DNA from: Octopus sinensis
Lineage: Eukaryota
NCBI RefSeq assembly: GCF_006345805.1
Contig: NC_043005.1
Location: 71,300,001 to 71,364,000, forward strand
Direction of reading: 5' to 3'
Length of the DNA: 64,000 nt
The notes under the pieces were generated by a model that saw nothing but the letters and a program-made list of their open reading frames with translations, ran no database searches and was not told the origin of the DNA. Shown piece after piece: positions 24,801 to 37,760 of this stretch. A program made the position numbers and the translations under genes. How positions within the stretch are numbered: position 1 is the stretch's first letter; each line of letters starts with the position of its first letter.

Positions 24801-25739
24801 AAATAGAAACATATTAATTATTACTTTATTGTATACAGCACACAGGTATGCTATAATTTGTCAAAAAAGGGTGAAAGACAGGACAGGAAGTGGCAATAAG
24901 TCAAGCAAAAAAAGACAGCAATGTAAGCCAAAAGTACATGCACAGTATACAAAATAAGACACAAGATGACAGGAAATTGAACAGTGAAAAAGAATAAAGG
25001 GTGTTTGAGCATACCAGGTGTAGAGTTGGTGAATTTCAAGAAGCATGACATTTTCTTAAGGAAACAGCACTTTAAGAGTTAACAACTGACTCCGGTAGTT
25101 TATTCTATGCTTTGACTATTCAGAGAGTGAAATATTCATAAATATATATGGATTGACGATCATCAACAGTTTAAAATAAATTTTTATGAAATCACAGGTA
25201 GATTTTTCAAACACACATCGTTACCCTATTACAAGTGAGGTTTTCATTTCTTCATAATATAAGTAGATCAGAAATAAGAAAAAACAAGCTAACTGGGTTA
25301 AAATCATTTCTAAGTAGCCATCAAACCAGTGTAAATGTTTTGTAAGGAAACTGATACAGGCTTCTGATCTTCGTGAATTATGTGAAAATATCCAGTATTC
25401 ACTTTCTCTTCCCTTTGCATTTCTAAAAACAGTTCCTGCACTTTAGAAATTCTCCCACAACTTTTTTACATTTTACTAAGTTTTGCAGTTCCTTTTGTTG
25501 AACACAAGAAGTGATATGACACAGTCTTTGATCTGGATTCATTCAGAAATATTATAAAAGACTTGATTTAAATAATGGTTTTGTTTACATTTGTATTATC
25601 ATCAAGTGCATAATATTGCTTCGTGTTCTTCAACCAGATTTATATCTCTAAGTGATTTTGAATGTATTTTTCTGTTTTACATTTTTGATAAGAGTGCAAA
25701 AAAAAAAAAGAAGACAGTTAAAAGAGTTTTATAAGTTTC

Positions 25740-26640
25740 GTGATTTTGAGATACTGAGTACAAAGGTATTTCAAGGTGGTAAAACCTAAAAACGACAATT
25801 AATAACATTCTACTAGTTTTTGATTAACTTTCGTTATACTTTTGTAAAGAGATAATCCATTGATCCATCTGCTAGACACTAAATAATATTATTTTCACAA
25901 GAAGCTTTCTGACAACTTTATGAAGTTGATATCATTGTAAATTAACTATTTTATCAAAAAGATTAAATGAATCATCTCAGCTTTACATAAATCCGCATTG
26001 AGATAAACAAATCAGTGATAAAAAATAATATTTTGAATTTGAGTGAAAATTATGGAAAACTGCTTGTTATTTTTACATAAATACAGTTACAAAAGTGTCT
26101 AACAACATTGCCTAAGAGCGAATTCTTCTGGCACACATCATTTATTAATTCCTCAGAAAGAATGGAAACTAAGTCTTGAGAGTTCCTTTTCTTTCATTGT
26201 TTTTCCTTTTGTTTCGTAAATGATTTTGAAAAGCTTCATGATGAATTTCTAGAATATTAGCTGCTACCCAGATAACTTAATTACCACCATATTTGAATAT
26301 AAAGCTTTAGCTTTTAAATGCTTGTTATGAAAATGCTGAATAACATTTGAATGTTTGTAATGAAAAGTTTCCTAAGGCTCACGTTTTATTGAGTTATTTA
26401 CAATCTTTGTCATTGAAAGATGTCAGGAAAGGATTTAAGAATCTGTCTACAATTCGAGAGGTTTTACATGTAATTCCACACTTGAGAGTACTGAAAGACA
26501 GACCTCTCAGTTCAGTTAAGCTTAAGAAACTCCAAGTAGGTTATTACTTAAAGTAGATGGTACACTGTTTTCTGTCATTGCTGGAAAACACAGACCCCTG
26601 TTATATGGATGTGTTTGTGTATACAAAGAGGGCAACCATA
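25740..26640 (+). pseudogene. Highly decayed hAT transposase C-terminal relic
   Basis: FEKLHDEFLEY*LL, VLHVIPH...(PHSNA-like) and LKVDGTLFSVIAGK (LDGTLSSI-like) appear in the order expected for the hAT dimerization region. Confidence 0.5.
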
Positions 26641-26654
26641 GAGTATACAGTAGA

Positions 26655-26900
26655 ATATTTAGTTGACTCAATGATTAGAGTGTCAGGCTCACAAACATGA
26701 GGTAGTGAGTTCTATTCCCGGACAGGGAATAGAACTCACTATCTCATGTTTCTTGAGAAAGACACTTTATTTCCCATTGCTACAGTTCACTCAGCTATAG
26801 AAATGAATTGCAACATCAATGGTACCAAGCTGTATCAGTCTTTGCCTTTCCTTTGGATACCATCGGTGGCATAAAGAGGGGAGGCTGATATGTATGGGCA
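26655..26900 (+). mobile_element. tRNA-derived SINE family D
   Basis: Homologous to 51768-52090 (-). Confidence 0.65.
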
Positions 26901-27210
26901 AGCTTTTTCTCCAGTTTTCACTCTGTTAATTGACAATCCAGCTGATACAATACATGATACTTGTTTTGTTATGTGATGGTATATTGCTAATGCAAAATAC
27001 CATATTCTGATCACCGATTTGTTAAAAAGTATGTATCTAAAGTTCTGATTTGTGTTAGATCCTAAAAAACAAAGCTTCAGTGACTAAAGGCAGAAGTACC
27101 AGTTTCACACCATACAACAAAGAAACAGGTCTCCTAGATCAGATTTATGAAGTTCTTTTGCATTTAGTTTGTCTTTTTACATATCTACAAACACACAAGA
27201 CTACCCTCAA

Positions 27211-27613
27211 CTCTTTTAATTTTTCACTTGTTTCAGTCATTTGACTGTGGCCATGCTGGAGCACTGCCTCTAGTCGAGCAAATCGACCCCAGGACTTACT
27301 CTTCATAAGCCTAGTACTTATTCTATCAGTCTCTTTTGCTGAACCTCTAAGTTACGGGGACGTAAACACACCACCATCGGTTGTCAAGCAATGGTGGGAG
27401 GACAAGCACAGACACATAAACATATACACACACACATATATATATATACATATATACGATGGGCTTCTTTCAGTTTCCGTCTACCAAATCCACTCACAAG
27501 GCTTTGGTCAGCCCGAGGTTATAGTAGAAAACACTTGCCCAAGGTGCCATGCAGTGGGACTGAACCCGAAACCATGTGGTTGGTAAGCAAACCACAGAGC
27601 CACTGCTATGCCT
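27211..27613 (-). mobile_element. tRNA-derived SINE family A
   Basis: Full-length copy. Confidence 0.85.
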
Positions 27614-28295
27614 ATACCACACAGCTGATAATATTTGTTCAGTATGTTGTCTTTAATATATCTTTGAAAGAAAATATGTAGCAGTAATGTGCTCGACAAC
27701 GATGACTTCCACTGAATAGAATTGTGAGGGTTGCTACTAATGAAACACCATCATCATCATCATCATCATCATTATCATCATCCAGTGTTTTAAATCCTGG
27801 TTTTGTCCCCGTTAACGGGGTTGGTTGGATCTACCTCAATGCCATAGCAACTGAGGCAGGTAGGTGCAGCCTACCCCAGCCCTTGGGCTGGCTGGTGCCC
27901 ATTCTCCCTTGCTTTCATGAGGCTTTGATAGGATAAAAGGTAGTAGCAGCTGTATTTATGAGAAATGACCCCGGTTTCCCTTGTTAATTGCACTTTCCAT
28001 TAGGTGACCCCTGAAAGATAAAATGCAACCTGGAACTTCACATAATTCGAACTTGTGCTGTGAGTTCTAATCCAGCCAAGACCAACATAACCTTCATACT
28101 TCTGGGGTCAGTAAAATCAAGATAGTGTACCTGTCTCATACTAGGGATGATTTATCTAACCCTTCCCCTGAATTTGTGACCTTGATCCTATGTAATAGAA
28201 ATCTTTATTTACTAGAAAGCAACTGACAATTACAACGACTATGAAGATACTATTAAATTTGTTTCCTTTTCCTTTTATTTTTTATAAAAATCTCT

Positions 28296-29000
28296 TTCTT
28301 GTTTCAGTTATTCAATTGCAGCCATACTGGAGCACTGCCTGGAAGAATTCTTAATTAAATGTATCAGTCCCAATACTTATTTTTAAAAGCTGATATTTAT
28401 TCTATCAGTCTCTTTTTACCAAATCACTAAGTTACAGGAATGTTAACAGCCCATCACCAATTCTAGTGGTTGGTAGAGGTGGGGGAGACAAGCACAGACA
28501 TACACACACAGATACATACACACACACACACACATACATATTTATATAGTGGAGGCACATGGCCTAGTGATTCAAGCAGCAGGCTCACAGTCGATATGTG
28601 AGTTTATGAGCAAAACATCTAAGCTCCTTGCGGATCCAGCAGAAAGATAATGGGGAACTTCTCCTGACTCTTTCACCACAACTTTCTCTCACTCTTTCCT
28701 CCTGCATCAAACAGCTCACCTGTGATGGACCAGCAACCCATCCAGGTGGGGGACCTATACACCAATGAAACTGGGAAACCAGCCCTTATAAGCCAGTCAT
28801 GGCTCAAGAAGGAACAAACAACACACACATTTCATATATATATATATATTATATATATATATATATATTTATGATGGGCTTCTTTTCAGTTTCCATTTAG
28901 CATATCTACTCACAAGATTTTGGCTGACCTGGAGCTATAGTAGAAACACTTACACAAGTCACCATGAAGTGGAACTGAACCCTGAACCATGTGGTTGGGA
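28296..29000 (-). mobile_element. Old SINE family A copy with a nested family C copy
   Basis: Family A halves flank 28548-28822. Confidence 0.65.
28548..28822 (+). mobile_element. tRNA-derived SINE family C (nested)
   Basis: Head GGAGGCACATGGCCTAGTG; tail GGCTCAAGAAGGAACAAACAAC. Confidence 0.7.
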
Positions 29001-29049
29001 AAATTAGTTTTATACATTTAAACAGAAGGACCCTCAGACATTTTGGAAG

Positions 29050-29790
29050 TTTTCTTAAAGAATCAGAACTTGAAGATAAGATGATAACTTTCTGTACTGC
29101 ATTGTGTGGTGGCCGTGAACCAGTAATTTCTTGTGTGGGCTTATAGATGTGTTGAAGCTTTCTATCTTGGAAAAATATCTTGTTTTCAATTGGAAAATGA
29201 TGAAGAGATACATAATCAGGGATTCCTTACTGATATAATAAATATCTCATGAACTCTGAACTTGGCACCCTAGAGAAACTATAAGAATGCTTCTGATGTC
29301 CATCAGACAATTTTCAACTTTCAAAATAAAGTATAGTCTTTTTTCAAAGAGAAATATTGTCAAGAAACTTCAATCACTTTCCCAATCTCGGTAAGAGAAT
29401 AAATACATTACCTGATATTTGAATAAAAGATCACAGACAAGAAGAACACAGAAATAAATTACAAGGACTGTTTGATATTTTCCTAGTTAGGTCTGATAGC
29501 TTGCAAAAGACGAAGCCCTCCTTCATCTTTCTTGTAAATCCAATTATAGTTGATATGGTTAATGTCGGTAACCTGATACTTAACTCTTTGGTTACAGATT
29601 CATTCTTCTACTGTGGAAAATGAAATTAATGGAATTACAGGAAGAACTAGATCTAATGCTGATCTACAAATCCCAGTCCAGTCTGCAATTAAGTTCTGGA
29701 AACAAGTTCCACTAATAAGATATCTGAAAGCTAATGTGTGACTTATTATTGCAATTTTCAGCACAATATACCTGTAATTAGTGAAGTCAA
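29050..29790 (+). pseudogene. hAT (SPIN/Charlie, GTF2IRD2-like) transposase relic
   Basis: CIVWW (decayed VRWLS), TIFNFQNKV, IKFWKQVPLIRY...IFSTIYL (EFWKxVP...FGTTYLCE); many stops and frameshifts. Confidence 0.6.
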
Positions 29791-30561
29791 AGCATCAAGC
29801 AGTCCTTAAATAAACACTCGACAGAGTTAAGTCATTCAGTCTTGACAACATATCAATCAGATTTTAATGACTTACAGGCAAGATAAACACCCTCACACAC
29901 ACACACAACCTCTACCAGCTGTAAATAATAGCTTTAAAAGCCTGTTAATTATAGCCTTGTCTGTTTGTCTTAGAAAGACGATAAAACTGTAATTTTGTAA
30001 GGTGGCGTCTGATTAAAAACATTTCCAATTGTATTGGTTTGCTTTTCTTTTTTTACATATTTTCTTCCACACTCTGGCCGGATATTAACTGAAACAAATA
30101 TAATTTTAAGTATCTATTTTTTTTTGTTTACTTAGTGCAGGCATGGATGTGAGTTTAAGAATATTGCTTCCCTACCATGTGGTTTCAGGTTCAATACTGT
30201 GGCAGCTTGGGCAAGCAACTTTTACTGTAATTTTAAGCCTAGAAACTCAAATTCTTTTAAAGTAAATATACTAGCTGGCCCTGTGCCATCAAAAATGATG
30301 GTTGATTGTAGTATTTGTTACTGGAAGAACAGTGGTTCACACACACAAACATTCACATACTTTCCTTATACATGCACACACATACACACATCTACTCACA
30401 CAGAGTTGAAACACTGTTTGATTTTTTCACCATAGAATTTCCATCATCCAACTGCCAAGTTTGCCATCACCCCTACCTTATTCATCTGTATCTGTTGCCC
30501 CTTCCTTTCTTATCCACAGGTTGTGATGGAGAAAGCACTAGATTATTTATATATATATATA

Positions 30562-30900
30562 TATCATCATCATCATCGTTTAGCATCCGTTTTCCATGCT
30601 AGCATGGGTTGGACGGTTCAACCGGGGTCTGGGAATCCAGGAGGTTGCACCAGGCTCCAGTTGATCTGGCAGTGTTTCTACAGCTGGATACCCTTCCTAA
30701 CACCAACCACTCTGTGAGTGTAGTGGGTGCTTTTTACGTGCCACCAGCACAGGGGCCAGAGGTGGCTGGCAAAGGCCATGATCGATTGGTGCTTTTTATG
30801 TGCCACTGGCACAGATGCCAGTCAAGGTGGCAATGGCATCGGCCACGTTTGAATAGTGCTTTTTACATGCCACCAGCAAGGGTATTGCAACTACAATTTC
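30562..30900 (-). mobile_element. RTE 3' tail
   Basis: CATCATCGTTTAGCATCCG... on the plus strand. Confidence 0.75.
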
Positions 30901-30918
30901 CATTTGATTTATATACAT

Positions 30919-31007
<89 letters not shown>

Positions 31008-31374
31008 GATACATAGATAGATAGATAGCTAGATAGATAGATAGATGATAATAAAATTAATAATTATATAGCTATATATGCATACATATAGTTACGTATG
31101 CATGTATGGATTTGTGTGTGTTAGTGACTCCTTGTATTGATCACTCATGTTAATTACAAATGAATATCACCATAATATAAATTTTCATGTCTGGCCATGT
31201 AAAAATATCAAGTTACTTGGAAACAGGTGAGGAATGGTTACAGGAAGAGCATCCGACAGTAAAAAAATCTCCCTCAATAAATTCATCCAACCCAAACATG
31301 TATGTAAAGAGGGGACTTTAAAAATTATGATAATCTTTTATATTGTTTATGTTTTACCTTTTCACAACTATCAG

Positions 31375-31425
31375 AGTGCGAAGTGCTCCTCATGAACACA
31401 CATTTGTGATACTCAGAACCAGCAA
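31375..31425 (+). CDS. Candidate host-gene exon (51 nt, xVRSAPHEHTFVILRTSx)
   Basis: Pyrimidine-rich acceptor TTTTACCTTTTCACAACTATCAG| and donor AA|GTATTG; phase 2-2 open frame that joins in frame to 32367. Confidence 0.3.
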
Positions 31426-32366
31426 GTATTGTAATCTCTGAGTCACAACCAGTACATGATCTGGGAAATCTATGTCAGTAATGATATATCGTTTTATATG
31501 CCTATTGTGAAATTGACATTGAGGTGCAGGCAACTGGCTGGCTTTGTTCTGAGATTATTCAGAACAAGAAAAATGGAAAACAAGTTGGCTTTACTGAGAA
31601 TATTTGCCTGAAGAACTATTGTTCTAAATTATTGTTGCCAAATAGTGTTAAAATAACAGTGAAGCTCAAAGCAAAAGAATAGAGATTACTTCAGTGTAAC
31701 AAGGATTAAAAAACTAAAAGTTTACTCCCTAGAATGAAGATATGACAGATTTGTAAGAAAGAGAGAGAGTGTGTGTATGTGTGTGTGTGAGAGAGAGAGA
31801 GAGAGATTCTGGAAATGCTAGTGCCTAACTTTCGGATTGAAAGCAAAACTATACCAGCCCGCCAAACTGGACACCACCATATAGTTCCAATGGTCCTACC
31901 TACTCTATTTAGTGTAAGGTTACAATACTGTAAGAATTTAGTCTTCAGAAACCCACAAATTTTCAATAGTTTGCAGTGAAACCTTAAAGATCTGCAAAAC
32001 TGATAAATTTTTATCTAAAATATCAAATGAATCCATGTCATGGCAGAAAACCAATTGAGGGCAAATATGTCCAACTCTTTCATTCACTGAAGCTAAACAT
32101 GAAAAGAGGGTTGTGTAAATGTAATCACACCCATGGGGAGTTCCTCAACTCCAAGCTGGAACAAATACAAAGTAACAGGCAAAAAAATAAAAAAATACAG
32201 ATAATTTGTGATTAGTGAAACTAATACAAATTAGTTTAAAAAATAAGTTATTTACACGAAGAATTTTATTGCATAAATGTACTTCTTGTCATTTATATAA
32301 AATTTTTGTAACAAATTCAGTAATAATAATAAAAATGATTATGTAAATTTTGTTCATGTCTTGCAG

Positions 32367-32430
32367 CTTTCTAATGTCTGAAGTTTATCATATGGCCTCC
32401 CTTGGCATATATACTGTTTCAGATAACTGA
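32367..32430 (+). CDS. Candidate terminal coding exon (FLMSEVYHMASLGIYTVSDN*)
   Basis: Acceptor TTTTGTTCATGTCTTGCAG|, phase compatible with 31375-31425, stop TGA 32428-32430, several AATAAA within 150 nt downstream. Confidence 0.3.
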
Positions 32431-33284
32431 TATTAACTGGAAAAGAAGACCAATTTTCTTTAAAATTATAATTATTCAACAAAACTAGACAAACTCATAA
32501 TAAACATACAGAAAATAAAAGAAAGAATAATACGACATTTTAATAGATTTTTATATGAAATTACATTGAAATAAAACAGTCTTAAATATTTTACAATATA
32601 AAGAAATACAACAGAAACTCCCCTGTGAAAAGAAATAATTGAGATTTTAAAGATGTTGTATCAACTAATTCATCTAGTTAAAGAGATAGTGGTGATGTAG
32701 TTAGACAAACTTCATTCATGAATATTAAGTATATTATTTAGTTGTAGTAATTGTAGTCATATAGTTAGTCAATCTTTATTCATAAAATTTTTTACTTTTT
32801 TCCAGAGTTTACTACATTATTTAGTTCTGAATGAAGTTCTCATCTAGTATATCTTCATTCATTAATATTCAGTATATTGTAGCAGATTTGAAACTGAATC
32901 CTGAAGTAGCTGAGCAAACATCACCATCAAACCACATAATTGGTCATATTAAGCACCCAATCAACATGAAGCCATCACATAATTTGATTTTCTAGAACTT
33001 TCTCATTGTCCCTAATATGGGTAGTTTTTGGTAGTAATCACAGAATGAGGCAGCTACTGAACATCTCCATTCTCATCACCACATCCAGCTGATAGCAGAT
33101 AGAAGAAAGGAGTTTTCATCATAACAAATATAGCGCAATTATTTTCTAGTTGTTATGGGCCAATGGCTATATCAGTTAACTTATTGTAGATCTCAGCAGT
33201 ATGTCTCTTCCTGTGTGTAATTGTCACTTAGTATTTGTTAAAAGACCTACATAGAAATAACACTATCAGTAGTAATAAAATCTT

Positions 33285-33692
33285 ACTCCTTACTCTTTTA
33301 CTAGTTTCAGTCATTTGACTGCGACCATGCTGGAGCACCACCTTTAGTCGAGCAAATCGACAACAGGACTTATTCTTTGTAAGCCTAGTACTTATTCTAT
33401 CGGTCACTTTTACTGAACTGCTAAGTTACAGGGGACGTAAATACACCAAACGTCGGTTGACAAGCGATATTGGGGGAACAGACACACAAACATATACATA
33501 CATATACATATATATATATATATATATACGATGGGCTTCTTTCAGTTTCCGTCTACAAAATCCACTAACAAGGCTTTGGTCAGCTCAAAGCTATAGTAGA
33601 AGACACTTGCCCAAGGTGCCACACAGTGGGACTGAACCCAAGACCATGTGGTTGATAAGCAAGCTACTTACTACACAGCCACTCCTGCACCT
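33285..33692 (-). mobile_element. tRNA-derived SINE family A
   Basis: Full-length copy. Confidence 0.85.
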
Positions 33693-34344
33693 ATACTTAC
33701 CACACAGCCTGTCCTGTGCCTATTAATTGTTTGTGAGTGTTGTTAGTTACTTTTCACAGAGTCCCAGGAAATATATTTTCATTCACCAGCAACAACAACA
33801 GTAGCTGTCAGAACTACCACCATGACAACCAGTCCCTTGCTACAATATTATATGAAGGACACACATAATATGAATGCATTTTCCTTTTGGAACTCTGCAA
33901 GGTTGCTCAATACATGAGCAGGAGCAAAACTGAGTACAGTTGACATCAAAAGAGTAATCTCTATATATAAAACTGAAATGCGTTTTTACCGCTTGGATCG
34001 CTTTCAATGCCACTACATCCCGTCCGATTCGCTCCAAAATTTACAGGGACATGTAGAATGAGGTGACGATGCGCGTGGGCTACCTTAGAAATCCCTATCT
34101 TAAAAGGTGTGGTTGCTAGGGTCCATCTTCCTCACTCACCCTATTTCCTCCTTTCCCTCTCTTACTCCTCTTCATAACTTTCAGAAGTCCACTACGGTTA
34201 TTTAAAATATCTGTCACTATCGCTATTTCCTTTCTTTTTCACTGACTCTGTTTCCTACCTTCCTATCACTTTGGCGACGTTCTTTTAAGTATATGTCTGT
34301 CACCGACAAACAACACACGAGCATGAGAACAAATATTATGAATC

Positions 34345-34665
34345 AGATATTCCTGCGTTCATTTATATGTGTGTGTGTATGTGTGTGTGTTCTATATATA
34401 AATATGTATATATAATGTATGTGTGTGTGTGTGTGTTCTATATATAAATATGTATATATAATGTATGTGTGTGTGTGTGTGTTCTATATATAAATATGTA
34501 TGTATAATGTATGTGTGTGTGTGTTCTATATATAAATATGTATGTATAATGTATGTGTGTGTGTGTTCTATATATAAATATGTATATATAATGTATGTGT
34601 GTGAGTGTGTGTTCTATATATAAATATGTATATATAATGTATATATACAAAGTGTATATATCTGT
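34345..34665. repeat. Minisatellite, six ~42-46-bp units (GTGTG)nTTCTATATATAAATATGTATATATAATGTAT
   Basis: Six TTCTATATATAAATATG cores counted. Confidence 0.9.
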
Positions 34666-34791
34666 ATTTATGTATATTAAACTTTTTCATACTTTTTCAT
34701 AGTTATATATATTTTTAAACAAATTATAAATATAATTTAATAATTTTTATTTTCAATTTAAATAATTTAAACTTTTCAATTTTATATTTTA

Positions 34792-35288
34792 CTAGCAGTA
34801 TCGCCCGGCGTTGCTCGGGTTTGTAAGGGAAATAACTATATAAGCATTTTTAGTGAGTTATAGCAAAAAAAATAGCAAAAATGCATTAAAATGGAATAAA
34901 AAATGATAGTAATTTTTTTTTAAATCGTTGACTCATCGTAGACATTTTTAGAGAGTTACTTCCCTTATATAATAGCGAAAAATGCATTAAAATGGAATAA
35001 AAAATGATGGTAATTTTTTTTTAATCGTTGACTCATCGTAGACATTTTTAGAGAGTTACTTCCCTTATATAATAGCAAAAATGCATTAAAATGGAGTAAA
35101 AAAATGATGGTAATATTTTTTTTAAATCGTAGACTCATCGTAGACGCGCGCTAATACCCAGAAGGGCTCGATATAAATCACGACTATAAGATACCCGGTT
35201 TTGGTTACACTGCACCGCAAAATGTGGGAGTGGTCAGGAATCTAAATCGTAGGAGACAGACACACAACCTTACTTTTATATATAAAGA
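34792..35288 (-). mobile_element. Non-autonomous Helitron-like element, copy 1 (internal ~104-bp tandem repeats)
   Basis: Minus strand: 5' TCTTTATATATAAAAG; 3' CCCGAGCAACGCCGGG hairpin plus CTAG. Confidence 0.8.
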
Positions 35289-35805
35289 CTAGCAGTATCG
35301 CCCGGAGTTGCTCGGGTTTGTAAGGGAAATAACTATATAAGCATTTTTAGAGAGTTATAGCAAAAAAATGCATTAAAAATGTAATAAAAAGTGATGGTAA
35401 TTTTTTTTTAAATCGTTGACTCAGTGTCTTCAAGCCATGAAGTCGTTGTTCTAAAAGAACGCTGGTCTCCTTGACAACGCTTTACGACGTTGATTTCCTT
35501 ACACTCCCTTCCCCACAGCTTCATGAGGGAGAAGCAAACAGGTGCAGATGTGAGCGTGGACGCCAACTCCGCCGCCATCGACACACGAAAAATTATGCAT
35601 TAAAATGGAATAAAAAATGATGTTAAATTATTTTTAAAAACGTAGACTCATCGTAGACGCACGCTAATAGCCAGACGGGCTTGATATAAATCCCGACTAT
35701 AAGATACCCGAATTTGGTTAAACTGCACCGGAAAATGTGGGAGTAGTGAGGAATCTAAATCGATGGGGACAGACACTCACACAACTACAGTTTTATATAT
35801 ATAGA
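35289..35805 (-). mobile_element. Non-autonomous Helitron-like element, copy 2 (head-to-tail with copy 1)
   Basis: Minus strand: 5' A|TCTATATATATAAAAC; 3' CCCGAGCAACTCCGGG plus CTAG joined directly to the TC of copy 1. Confidence 0.8.
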
Positions 35806-35947
35806 TATATTTTCTATGTTATATTTTCTTTTTTTATGCTTTTGTTTTTTGTTTTTCACTGTTTGATTTGCCTATTAGTGGTTTTATCTCTAATTTAATT
35901 TATACAGATATATATCTCATTTGTATACATTTGTATATATAATGCGT

Positions 35948-35978
<31 letters not shown>

Positions 35979-36804
35979 CACATATATATATAATGTGTGC
36001 ATTACGTAGTCGGTCGATTCAGCTGAAAATATGCACACCTATGTTAAAGGTGCTGACAAGTTTGCATGACAACTATTTTGTTCCTCAAATGAAAGGCGTC
36101 ACCTCTAGGACAAAATTCCTCATCTTATAAAATGTGGCTCCAGTAGACCCGAATGAAATCGGTTTATATTAACCAAAATGTGAAAAGGGGTCTAAATGGG
36201 GCTGGAAGGGGATTAAAATTTCAAGAAGTGGGTGTTTAGGAATTCTCTGTTACATCAAGCTAAAAAATTTGCGCCAGCCTTTTAATCGTCAATGTGTTGC
36301 CGTCCATGATAAAGAAGTTTTGAATGCTTGCCATGGTGAGTCTACTGTCCTGAGAAAGAATCACTTCAAAACTTGGTGTTTACGAATTTTCTTTTACATC
36401 AAGTTCAAAATTTTACGCCAGCCGTTAAACTGTCACTACGTTGCTGTCCGTCGTTAACAAATGCCAGCCATGGTGACTCTACTATCCTCAGATTCTATCC
36501 CTTCAAACTTTGGTTTCCAATATTTTATTATTTTTATTCAGCTCGCAAGTTCGTCTGTCCCTTTTAAATGTTAGCGTTTTGCTGTCTGCCTTGAAGCAGA
36601 CCTTTCCATTGCCACTGCCTCATATTTCTGATTGATCTTTCTAAATATTTTATTTCTCAACTTACTCAAGATCTTCTGTTGTTTATAAATGGGAGAGAGA
36701 TAGATAAAGATAGAGAGTAAGAGAAAGCGAGGGAGAGTCCGAGAGAAAAGAAAAGTAAGAGAGTGGGAAAGTGAGAGAGAAAGGAGAGAGAAACAAATAC
36801 GGAG

Positions 36805-37106
36805 AATCATCATCATCATCATCGTTTAACGTCCGTTTTCCGTGCTAGCAGTGTGACCGGGGTCTCGGAAGCCAGGAGGCTGCACCAGGCTCCAGTCTGA
36901 TCTGGCAGTGTTTCTACAGGTGGATGACCTTCCTAACGCCAACCACTCTGTGAGTGTAGTGAGTGCTTTTTTCGTGCCACCGGCACTGGTGCCAGGGGGG
37001 CTCGCAGTGGCAACGATCGGTTGGTGCTTTTTACGTGCCACCGGCACAGAAGCAAGGCAAGGCGGTGCTGCAATTGGCCACGTTCGGATGGTGCCTTTTA
37101 CGTGCT
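36805..37106 (-). mobile_element. RTE 3' tail nested in the Helitron
   Basis: CATCATCGTTTAACGTCCG... on the plus strand. Confidence 0.75.
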
Positions 37107-37403
37107 GAAAGGAAGCAACAGAAAGTAACACCCACACTCTTTCCCGCGCATAGAGCGGGTCACCTTCAGCTAGTATATATATATTTTGCTTTAATTTCTA
37201 TACACCTCAAATTGTTTTCTTCATTCAGTTACTCAGCATTGATTAAGTTACACATGCATACATGCATATACACGTATAAACACTCACTCACATATATATA
37301 TATACATATATATATATATATTATATATATATATATATAATATAATATATATATAATATATATATAATATACATATATATATATACATATATACATATAT
37401 ATA

Positions 37404-37446
<43 letters not shown>

Positions 37447-37475
37447 ATATAATATATATATATATATATGTATAT

Positions 37476-37653
37476 ACATTATTTACATTATTTACAATTG
37501 ACAGATATTTGTCCTCATCCTGTTTGTTGTTAACACAATGTTTCGGCTGATATATCCTCCAGACTTCATTATTATTATTATTCGTGTCACTGCCTGGAAT
37601 CAAACTCAGAATCTTGGGGTTAGTAGCCCACACTCTCAACCACAACACCATAT
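37476..37653 (-). mobile_element. tRNA-head/(AAT)n/HHR/PLE-tail short element, internally deleted copy
   Basis: Reverse complement of 37658-37968 lacking the middle; retains TGAAG..CAGCCGAAAC. Confidence 0.65.
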
Positions 37654-37657
37654 GCCA

Positions 37658-37729
37658 GTGAGCATAGTGCTTAAGAGTGCGGGCTAATAACCCCAAGATT
37701 CCGAGTTTGATTCAAGGCAGTGACCTGAA

Positions 37730-37760
<31 letters not shown>

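Larger units (their letters stand above)
33958..37173 (+). mobile_element. Composite non-autonomous Helitron-like element with nested insertions
   Basis: 5' A|TCTCTATATATAAAA; 3' hairpin CCCGC-GCATAGA-GCGGG then CTAG|T. Removing it recreates the uninterrupted paralogous block at 42420-42630. Confidence 0.75.

Noticed and set aside
30518-30560. Strong acceptor TCCTTTCTTATCCACAG followed by VVMEKALDYL
   Set aside because: It runs straight into (TA)n and an RTE tail, with no donor.
33840-34037. Cys-rich peptide (NCTQFCSCSCIEQPC...KCIHIMC) duplicated at 42469-42777, toxin-like at first sight
   Set aside because: The ORF crosses the Helitron junction, has no signal peptide or splice support, a second frame is equally open, and a Cys differs between the copies.
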